DNA of 64,000 bases from Eledone cirrhosa (taxonomy: Eukaryota), in assembly GCA_964016885.1 (NCBI GenBank), contig OZ024744.1, positions 88,908,001 through 88,972,000 on the forward strand, written 5' to 3'. Position numbers and translations under genes: made by a program. The notes beneath the pieces were generated by a model. That model did no database searches. It saw only the letters and a list, made by a program, of their open reading frames with translations, and was not told where the DNA came from. How positions within the stretch are numbered: the first letter of the stretch is position 1; the number at the start of each line of letters is the position of its first letter. Below, piece after piece: positions 54,071 through 64,000 of the stretch.

Positions 54071-55085
54071 GCCTGTAACACCTACTAAACACTAGGTTTG
54101 AACACAACCGATTTCTTCTCCAGAGAAGGAAAGAGATAGAGGGGTGTGTGTAAAAGAGAGAGAGAGTGTGTTATAGAGTGAGAAATAGATATAGAGGAAA
54201 AGTCTATTTCAGTACTAAACTGCTACTTTATTTATCGACCTCGAAAGGATGAAAGGCAAAGATAACCTCTGTAGGGGGATGAACGCAGAAAGTAAAGAAT
54301 TGGGACAAATGCTGTAAATACGAGACTTTAAGAAATATGCCAATCCACAATAGTTTCTCGGGTCCACGAATAATGGTACATTGTTTAATAGTTGATTATT
54401 AATTTGACTGAAAATCATGACTGGTACTTTAATTTATAGAACTTGGAAGTATGAATATCAAAGTAACTCTCGGAGTGCAGAGAGTCTGTTCAAACACCGC
54501 AAAGCATTCTGTCCAATATATTATAGACTATAATATATTACGGGGTCGATAAAATAAAGTACCAGTAATGTACTGGGTAATTGCTGGGTAATATTATAGA
54601 CTCTGCCAATTCACCACCGTTAATTGACTCTAGCCTTCCCCCCAAAATATGTAGCCAGTTAATGGGGTCACAACTTCGTCGTTGTGGATTGACAGTATCA
54701 GTAGAGAGTCAGACGCCATGTTTTGCAGCATAGAGTTACGACCCTTTACGTTCTGAGTTCAAACCCTGCCGAGGTTAATTTGTTTGCCTTTCATCCTTAC
54801 GGGGGGGGGGGTCGATTAAAATAAAGTACCAGTAATGTACTGGGGTAACTGCTGGCCTTGTTACCAAAAAGTAGAAACAGTTATTGTTATTGCTGTGGAT
54901 TGGCAGAATCGGTAGAGCGTCAGACACCATGCTTTGCAGCATAGAGTTATGGCCCTTTAAATTCTGGATTAAAATCCCTCCGAGGTTAACTTTGCCTTTC
55001 ATCCCTACGGGGTCGATAAAATAAAGTACCAGTAATACACTGGAGTAAATTACTGGCCTTGTGCTAAAAGTAGAAACAATTATTG
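48250..55085. mobile_element. Dense cluster of roughly 15-20 OK-like SINE copies and fragments, mostly + strand
   Basis: Copies start near 48250, 48550, 48895, 49113, 50130, 50930, 51145, 51375, 52118, 52545, 54685 and 54895; minus fragments near 52420, 53005 and 54215. Confidence 0.88.
53365..53655 (+). mobile_element. Second tRNA-derived SINE family (CORE-like, OR-type), full length
   Basis: TGGCCGAGTGGTAAG A box, GTTCGAT B box, gttcttgagcaaaacacttt core, ggggttaaccctg..atggactggcgtcc domain, (gacttta) tail. Confidence 0.75.
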
Positions 55086-55629
55086 CTATTGATGTTATTG
55101 TTGTTGTTATATTTGTTATCTTAGTAAATCTCCATTGTTCCCATAGCAACGTGTTTATCCGTACTTGCCGCTGATACATACAAAGAGTGCGTGTATGTAT
55201 GTGTTTGTATGTGTATGTAAGTGTTTGTGTTTGTGTGTGTAGTGTGTGTGTGTGTATGTGTGTCTGTTTGTGTGTGTAAGTGTGTGTGTTTGTGCGTGTA
55301 TGTGTGTACGTGGGTGTGTGTGGGTGTGTTTGTGTGTTTAAGTGTGTGTGTGTGTGTTTGTGTATGCGTGTGTTTGTGTGTGTATGTGTATGTATAAGTG
55401 TGTGTTTGTGACTGTGCGTGCGTGTGTATGTGTGTAACATTTTAGCCATTAGGCTTTTACCTAAGCTCTGAATAGTGATTTAGCTCAGATCATCTCATCA
55501 GTTACTGAAGCTGGAATGGATCTTCAAACTAGCAGCCTGCATCTTTTCTTCATATAATGAGTTCTAAAGTCTGTGTGAAGCCAGAAGGCTCGTTAGGCGT
55601 GAAGCGACTGATAATACAAAACTTCCCCT

Positions 55630-55945
55630 CTACATCAGTACATCGCAGTACATCGCAGGGTTAAACCCCGAGCTACTCTTGGTATTCATTTTCAGCTGAG
55701 TATACTGGAGCAACGTGAAAAGAAGTGTTTTCCTCAAGAACACAACCCAGCCCAGGAATTGAACCCACGACATTATGATCGTAAGTCCAATACCCTTACT
55801 ACTAGGCCACACACCTCCACGGACTATACTGGAGCAACGTGAAATGAAGTGTTTTGTTCAAGAATACAACACGCAACCCAGTTCAGGAAACGAGCCCATC
55901 ACATTATGACCGTAAGACCAACACCCTTACCACTAGGCCACGCTC
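55630..55945 (-). mobile_element. Two partial copies of the CORE-like SINE
   Basis: Reverse complements of the 53365 head and core. Confidence 0.72.
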
Positions 55946-58554
55946 TATATTATGAGGAGTTTTTATTTATCTTTTGTTTTTACTAATAATGGTTTCTTAT
56001 ATAGGCACAAGGCCTTGGCGAGGAGGGGAAAGTCGATTAAATCGACCCCAGTGCGTAACCGGTACTTTATTTTATCGACTCTCTACCGATACTGCGAATA
56101 ATGCTGACTATTCAAAAAGAATATTAAAATATATAAATGTGTTGTGGATTAATTTAATAGATTTAACCAGCAGTATACTTTTCCTCTTTAGCTATTCAAG
56201 TATTCATAAAGTATTCATAAAGTAAACAGACTCATACTATCATTATCTATTCAATCGACCATTCTTGACATTTCATTTAACAATCACTCGTTAACTATTT
56301 ATTATCGTACATAAATCGCCTATCATTATCGTATCATAGTTAAAATATTTTAACATTTAGAGTATACGAGTATTGTTATTGGGCTTCCTTTGAGGTATGT
56401 TTAAGTATCTAGCTTAAGAGTTACTATTTTGGCATATGACACGAAGTGATCCATATATCATTATGAACATTCTCAATATCAAAGTGGCTTTCTTTAGGGA
56501 AGTGCAGCAGTTCAAGCCGTATTGCACATTTTCACGCCAAAGTAATCTATTTTGATAAAGTAGAAACATTTTTGTGAAGTTGGCCTGAGAGGTTAACAGA
56601 GGTTGATATGTAAAGAACTGATTCTAGAATTATATATTATAGTACGTGGGTTATCATATGAATCAAACTAGCTGACCGTTAATTTATATCATTTATTTCA
56701 TAGAAAATTTAATCGTCAATCTCCTGAGTTTTCCTGTTATTCTTAGAATCGTGAGCTAGAATAAACTTGCGGGTATGTATGTATTTGTGTGCATAATATA
56801 TAAATCACTTATTGTATGTTTGATCTCATATTTGTTATGGACTGACGGAACCTAAACACACGTGTACACCAAAATATATACTCTTTATATGTGTTTATTA
56901 TGAAAAGTATGAGAAATCAAATTTATATATGTCTGTGTGTGAGTGTGTGAGTTTAAGAGAATTGGATATTCATGTCTTTTATATAGTTGTATATGCATAT
57001 AGAAATATAAATTTATACATTCTTATATATTATTTTATATGTTTTTTCAGATTAAATGTCAGAACCAAATGCGCATCACGAAGAAGACTTTAACACCTAG
57101 AGAGAGGCTTTTCTTTACACAATCAGGCATTTCTTAGAGAAACTGGCCTAGAAAATCTGTTTATGCTCACAGAAATGGAAAACTTCCCCGACAAAAATAT
57201 TCACGCAAATCAAAACATTTCATTCTCTTTCCGAGCCACTCACTACCTCACTCACCACCTCCGTCTCTGCTTTTTTTTATATTTTCCTTATTTATTTTTC
57301 TTTCTTTCTTTTTTATCATTCTTTCGTTTTCTTTTTCTTTCATATAAATCCAAAATACACAAATAAACACATTCTGTACAGGCGTAAAGTCTACATATCA
57401 CGAAGATCAGATATTTTCAACGTCGCAGTTCTACAATACTGTATAAATACTATGGAATTCGATGAATGGACAAAATGCTTCTGATAAAATTGTTTTGATC
57501 CATGCATGCATGGAGTTAAAACCCACAGAACGGAAGCGCGATGTATTTTCGGTTCTGGACAGAAAAATACAGTTGAAAGAGTGAAGAAGTGGAAGGGAGG
57601 TGTGAGAGTCGAATAAGACGAGATGAAATAAGAAGACTAGTGTAAAGCGGGTGGGCTTTGCCCATGCGTAAAGAACATGAGAGTGTATGTGAAAATATAA
57701 TGGAACATGGATGAAGGGAAATAATGAAAAGTCATACAAACAGGATCTGACAGGCTTTGCTGATAAGTTGCACCAGATACAGAAAACTAGAGTGTTAAAA
57801 TGAATTTCATCAGCCAGATATGCAGATCTTAAGTACTTAGAGCGTGATATTCTATACCACTGTTTAACGACCAGTGTATTCCTCGTCTCATAATGACACA
57901 TCGTCAGCAATATTTATCTCATCCGATGTCAATGATGCATGCGGCAATAGGTTCAAAAATGGCTGACACTTTAGAGTGTCAAAACAGTTTCAAAATGGCC
58001 GATTCAAGCTGATGTCATAGCGATTCAAAATAGCAGCTGTTACAGGTCAGTGTAGCGAATCATTGTGTTCATGTTATAATGTGGATTATATACCAAGTAG
58101 CTGGATAACTGTGTGAATTAATGTTATTAAAGCTATTTGGTTTGTTCTTTCCGTTTGGAAGATTTTCTAATCCGTTTATTTTCGGGCATTTTTAATTTAT
58201 TCTTTTTTCTTCTTTTATATTATTCCTTTTCCCGACTTTATTGTTTTTCACAAAATATTTACTCTAGCATAAAAGTATTTGCACTCTCCTGTTAATTTAT
58301 CGGGGTTATTTTTTTCATTTATCATTGATACCCTAATGTAAATTAGATTTTAAATGCGATAGAATAATTTTCAAGCTACATACTATAAATTAGATTGCTT
58401 AATTAAATATTTTAAATAACATTTTGCCTAGTAATTGGAATTACATAAGTACATATATGATAATATTTGATTTGTTTTTAAACAGAATACCTTATTCCGC
58501 ATGCCTCACTTCACCTATATGTGAATACTGCTTATTATATTACATATGACGTAG

Positions 58555-58740
58555 GTGAATTGGCAGTATCGGTAGAGGGTCGGACACTATGCTTTCCAGC
58601 ATAGTTACGTCCCTTTACGGTCTGAGTTCAAATCCCGTCGAGGTAAACTTTACCTTTCATCCTTACGGGGTCGATAAAATAAAGTACCAGTAATGCACTG
58701 GGTAATTGCTGGCCTAGTGCCAAAAGTAGAAACAATTATA
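58555..58740 (+). mobile_element. OK-like SINE (short variant)
   Basis: Family consensus. Confidence 0.85.
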
Positions 58741-58835
58741 TTACATCTCTCACCAACTTAGCACTACTACACTTGAAACTGTAATTCAGTTTTATTAAAC
58801 TCGATAATGTGCAGAATTGTTTATAATGTTTATCA

Positions 58836-59025
58836 TAGAGTGAAATTCCGTTATAACGAAATTGACAGGGTATTAAAAAATTCGTGATAACGGAAAATTC
58901 TTTATAACGAGATCGACCAAAACAAATCGAGCGTTGGTTTGTTATTACTTCGGGGATACCCAAAAAATTATTTATACTGAAAAATTCGTTATAATGGTAT
59001 TCGTTATAACGGAATTTTACCTGTA
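58836..59025. mobile_element. MITE (Tc1/mariner/Tigger-like)
   Basis: TIRs TAgagtgaaattccgttataacgaa / ttcgttataacggaattttacctgTA with internal cgttataac repeats; TA at both ends. Confidence 0.75.
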
Positions 59026-59157
59026 TATAGAATTAGGTCATATTTAATCATAATATATTATTAATCACAAACGAATCTCTACATGCGCTTTCTAGATGCG
59101 ACATTTCTAAAACACTGTCTCCCAACTAGAAGACATACAGAGGAACACACACAAACG

Positions 59158-59213
<56 letters not shown>

Positions 59214-59511
59214 CACACTCACACACACACATACACACACACACACACACAGACACACACACACGTACCAATCAGTATAGAAACAAATAAATATGTATAT
59301 AAGTATGTATACGTACATACATATATGTATACAGACGTACAGTAGTATGTATATATATATATACATACATGCACACATATATATATATGTACGTATGGAT
59401 TCACCGAACATTTATTATAATGCTCGGTGTGTTTGTAAACAAACATCCCGAATTAAGTCGTACAGTGTCTAGCAACCATCGTTGCTCATTTGTTCAACAC
59501 TGACAAAGGAA

Positions 59512-59552
59512 CGCTGTACTAGTTTCAAGCTTATTAGCTATCGTCAGCAACG
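59512..59552 (-). ncRNA. Minimal type I hammerhead (array copy 1)
   Basis: cgttg-CTGACGA-t-agct-aata-agct-t-GAAA-ctag-TA-cagcg; GUA site; palindromic ACTAGT helix III. Confidence 0.88.
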
Positions 59553-59940
59553 TATACCTTCCTGCCATATGGTTGAGCGTCTGAAAGTATATACTCTCCT
59601 TATGCATATTAACGGCTGAGCAGTCCAATTTGCATATTGAGTGAGTTAATCGGCCGGAGCACCGAAAACTATAAACGGAAAAAGTGAAACGAAATTTCAT
59701 TTCTCACTCTTAGTACGGCTGTTACTTAAATATAAGTATGTACACGTACATACATATATGTATACAGACGTACAGTAGTATGTATATATATATACATACA
59801 TGCACACATATATATATGTACGTATGGATTCACCGAACATTTATTATAATGCTCGGTGTGTTTGTAAACAAACATCCCGAATTAAGCCGTACAGTGTCTA
59901 GCAACCATCGTTGCTCATTTGTTCAACACTGACAAAGGAA

Positions 59941-59981
59941 CGCTGTACTAGTTTCAAGCTTATTAGCTATCGTCAGCAACG
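59941..59981 (-). ncRNA. Minimal type I hammerhead (array copy 2)
   Basis: Identical to copy 1. Confidence 0.88.
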
Positions 59982-60362
59982 TATACTTTCCTGCCAGATG
60001 GTTGAACGTCTGAAAGTATATACTTTCTTTATGCATATTAACGGCTGAGCAGCCCAATTTGCATATCGAGTGAGTTCAGTCGGCCGGGGTACCTAAAACG
60101 ATAAACGGAAAAAGTGAAACGAAATTTCATTTCTCACTCTTAGTACGGCTGTTACTTAAATATAAGTATGTATACGTCCATACATATATGTATACATACG
60201 TACAGTAGTATGTATATATATATACATACATATATATATGTACGTATGGATTCACCGAACATTTATTATAATGCTCGGTGTGTTTGTAAACAAACATCCC
60301 GAATTAAGCCATACAGTGTCTAGCAACCATCGTTGCTCATTTGTTCAACACTGACAAAGGAA

Positions 60363-60403
60363 CGCTGTACTAGTTTCAAGCTTATTAGCTATCGTCAGCA
60401 ACG
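60363..60403 (-). ncRNA. Minimal type I hammerhead (array copy 3)
   Basis: Identical to copy 1. Confidence 0.88.
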
Positions 60404-60769
60404 TATACTTTCCTGCCAGATGGTTGAACGTCTGAAAGTATATACTTTCTTTATGCATATTAACGGCTGAGCAGCCCAATTTGCATATCGAGTGAGTTAA
60501 TCGGCCGGGGTACCTAAAACGATAAACGGAAAAAGTGAAACGAAATTTCATTTCTCACTCTTAGTACGGCTGTTACTTAAATATAAGTATGTATACGTAC
60601 ATACATATATGTATACAGACGTACAGTAGTATGTATATATATATACATATATATGTATATGTACGTATGGATTCACCGAACATTTATTATAATGCTTGGT
60701 GTGTTTGTAAACAAACATCCCGGCTGATTAACTCACTCGATATGCAAAAAAAACTTTGTATCTCATATA

Positions 60770-61305
60770 ATAATTGTTTCTGCTTTTGGCACAAGGACAG
60801 CAATTATCCCAGTGCATTACTGGTACTTTATTTTATCGACCCCCTAAGGATGAAAGGCAAAGTTAACCTCTGCGGGATTTGAACTCAGACTGTAAAGCGA
60901 TGTAACTCTATGCTGGAAAGCATGCCGTCCGACCCTCTACCGATACTGCCAATTCACATAATAATTGTTTCTACTTTTGGCACAAGGCCAGCAATAACCC
61001 AGTACATTATTGGTACTTTATTTTATCGACCCCGTAAGGATGAAAAGCAAAGTTAACCTCGGCGGGATTTGAACTCAGAATAATAATGCTTTCTTATATA
61101 GGCACAAGGCCATCAATTTTGGGGGAGGAGAAAGTCGATTAAATCGACCCCAGTGCGTGACTGGTACTTTATTTTATCGATCCCGTAAGGATAAAAGACA
61201 AAGTTAACTTCGGCGGGATTTGAACTCAGATCATAAAGGGCCGTAACTCTAATTTGCAAAGTATGGCGTCCGATACTTTATACCGATACTGCCAATCCAC
61301 CGCCC
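60770..61305 (-). mobile_element. Three head-to-tail OK-like SINEs
   Basis: Copies at ~60770-60957, ~60960-61080 (truncated) and ~61085-61305. Confidence 0.85.
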
Positions 61306-61578
61306 TCTAAGAAACAAACATTAAAATATTTAGCCATATTCTAAGAAAGAACATAACTAGTTAGGGAATTACAAGTACAATCTATTAATGGAAAGTAAAA
61401 TTATGTAAAACATTCCAAAAATGTTGCATCTATTAACTTTGAACATGGCTGTGACTGTGGCTCCTGAGACCAGATTTGCTCAAGCAAACATACATACATA
61501 CATACATACATGCATACATACATACATACATACATACATACATACATACATACATACATACATACATACATACATACA

Positions 61579-61686
61579 TGGTGGCTGCCAACTCGTTTTC
61601 GAGTACGGCCACTACTTTACATCCATGTAGGAGAACCCCTACCGATGCGCTACATACATACATACATACATACATACATACATACA

Positions 61687-61717
<31 letters not shown>

Positions 61718-61788
61718 GGTGGCTGCCAACTCGTTTTCGAGCACGGCCACTACTTTATATCCATGTAGGGGAACCCCTACCGATACGC
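61579..61788. repeat. ~71-bp direct duplication interleaved with (TACA)n
   Basis: tggtggctgccaactcgttttcgag...cctaccgat at 61579 and 61717. Confidence 0.85.
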
Positions 61789-61970
61789 TGAACGAGTGTG
61801 ACTTTTTAGTCCAGCCAGCGACTTGAAAACTCTGGTACAAACACTACACTGGTGACAATTATTATGGCTGCAAACTCTGCTAAGAATATTGCAATCGCTT
61901 GTCAGATTATAGAAAATGGTGCACCTTTAGGCTACGGCCAGCCATACGAACCTGTAACAGATCGTGAACA

Positions 61971-63220
61971 AGCAATGCCTGTGCTTTGAAGGTTTTTTTA
62001 AGTGGGGAAAGGCCTTGCACTCGACCAATCCCACTCTCTGAGCATCGAAATCACTACTCGAAAACGAGAACTGGTCAACATTGTCGGATGCTTCCGAAGC
62101 CGCAGTTTGTTTTTCAGAGTTTCTCTCTCGAAGAAAGGTGTTGTGACAACAACTGGGGGCCTCTCACTCCAAGGTGAAAAAGAAAGTACTATTTGGATGG
62201 TCGCTGACTCTGCTGAGTTCCTCCGCCATTTGCCCGGTCTTGTATTTCATACCGCAAGGTGTCCAAATATTACCCTCTTCCTCAATCAAGCTTGGTGGGG
62301 TTACCGGTTTAATAACCGACGACCCGACCATGAGACAGGTGCTACTGGGTTATATGTTACCAGTAGCACTCGAGAGCGACCTGACATAATACATACATAC
62401 ATACGTACAAACATACATACATGCATACATACATACATACATACATACATACATACATACATACATACATACATACATACATACATACATACATACATAC
62501 ATACATACATACATACATACATACATACATACATGATGACTGCCCCATCGTTATCGAGAATGGCCATTGCACGTTATACCATTATTAATAATTATTAATA
62601 ATTCTATCGTGCAATGCCTGTGCATGAATTTTAAAGTGAGCAAAGACTGTGCACTGAGCCAATCCCATTCTCTGAGCGACAGTAGCTATAACCCAAAAAG
62701 AAGAAAAGATCAACATCATCGGTAACTACTGAGCCGCAGGTTTTATGTCGGAGTTATCCCAGTTTCCTGGGTTGCCTTCTCCTAGAAGAATGCCCTGATA
62801 AAGGCTAGGGGTCCTTCACTCCCAGTGGTTTAACCGCACGATCGGGTGTCCAGCCCGACTATTTTTATGTCCCCGCGCATATACATACATATGCACCCAT
62901 TTATATACACATATACATACATATTTACATGTGTATATACATATTTACACACGTTTGGATGGCTGTTGACTCTTATGAGTTCTTCCGCCCTTTGTCAGGT
63001 TTTCTTTTTGTCCTGCAGGGTGTCCAAATCACCCTCCTCACCAAGTAAACTTGATGGGGTTGCTGGTTTAGTCGCCGATAACCCGACCATGCGACAGGTT
63101 GTACTGGGTTACATGTTACCAGTAGCACTCAAGAGTGACCTGACATAACATACATACATACATACATACATACATACATACATACATACATACATACATA
63201 CATACATACATACATACGTA
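61971..63220 (+). mobile_element. Two diverged copies of an unclassified retroposon-like element ending in a stem-loop and (TACA)n
   Basis: 61971-62390 vs 62611-63148; 3' hairpin gtgctactgg-gttatatgtta-ccagtagcac, then gacctgacataa and (acat)n. Confidence 0.6.
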
Positions 63221-64000
63221 CATACAATCCGTACCTACAAATGCATGCATGCAGACATGCATACATATCTACCTAGTTAATGTTGTGTAAATTCAAATGA
63301 GAGAGTCTTGTAACTATGTTAGAAACCGACTCTCTCTTTATTGGCAAAAATTTGTGAAATTATAAAACCAGAAGAACATACATATATACATACATACATC
63401 ATATGTATGTAATTATGTTTGTTTCTCTACCACATCAGATTCTTGTGTAACAAAATTTATTTTTCTGAAGATTCATATAGTTATACATTTAGTAAATCAT
63501 GATTGAAAAGGTAAATCGGTAGTTTAAGATGAAGCTAGTGATATTTGGAGAGTTAACCCTCATCGGCCTGAAATGCAGCAGAGCCTGGGTTGGTCTCATA
63601 CTGCACTAGGTTGCCGCTGGAGAAAGTGTCACTGCATGTGGCATCTCAGATGAGAGGTTTACCATAGCGGAACGGGACGATAGTCATGCCGTCTAGCCTT
63701 TTGCCGTCCCCTGGGTCCTGTCCCGCCAGCTCTAACTGGGAGGGGAATACTGAAGCATCCAAGCCTTGCTTTTAGTTTGATTTTCTGCTTTAGGCTTGTT
63801 TCTCGTAAGAGTCCGGTGTTAATCAGTAAGCATACTGGGGTACCAGTTGCCCTGGTAACGCATTACCATAGTAAGAATATCCCATGAAAGCACTCGCTAT
63901 CTTCATCGTTTACAGCACACATGTTTTTCCAGAAAACGTTCCCAGTGAGAGATCAAGAATTTAGCTCTCTCCGGGCTTATAATTTCGTCCAAACATCGCT

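Larger units (their letters stand above)
59297..60748 (-). mobile_element. Retrozyme-like tandem array: ~3.3 copies of a 422-429 bp non-coding unit, one HHR per full unit
   Basis: Units start ~59297, 59731, 60160, 60582; right end has a 28-nt inverted fragment (60721-60748). Confidence 0.85.

Noticed and set aside
63560-64000. GC-richer structured segment, possible LINE 5'UTR with HDV-like ribozyme
   Set aside because: Could not build the nested double pseudoknot by eye, and no ORF is visible before the window ends.

Overview
This is AT-rich, microsatellite-saturated animal DNA, most likely an octopus or other coleoid cephalopod (inferred from the tRNA-derived SINE families and repeat landscape). 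No intact host gene can be supported, and almost all listed ORFs are translations of simple repeats. The window is dominated by Penelope-like retroelements (PLEs): decayed RT/GIY-YIG copies of apparently three clades, a 4.3-kb element with near-perfect 1.9-kb inverted arms, many small fold-back pseudo-LTR (pLTR) insertions in (TA)n tracts, and non-coding tandem retrozyme-like units. By eye I find about 25 hammerhead ribozyme (HHR) motifs from roughly ten sequence families. Main observation: two unrelated repeat families (29.7-30.5 kb and 42.3-43.1 kb; partial third at 18.5 kb) carry the three hammerhead core strands in a non-circularly permuted, pseudoknotted order (NUH strand, then GAAA strand, then CUGANGA strand). 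They have different but complementary helices I and III and little or no helix II. Also present: about 30 SINE copies, R4/Dong-like and L1/Tx1-like LINE fragments, non-autonomous Helitrons and a MITE. All structures were paired by hand; clade names are from motif recall, not database searches, and repeat boundaries are approximate.
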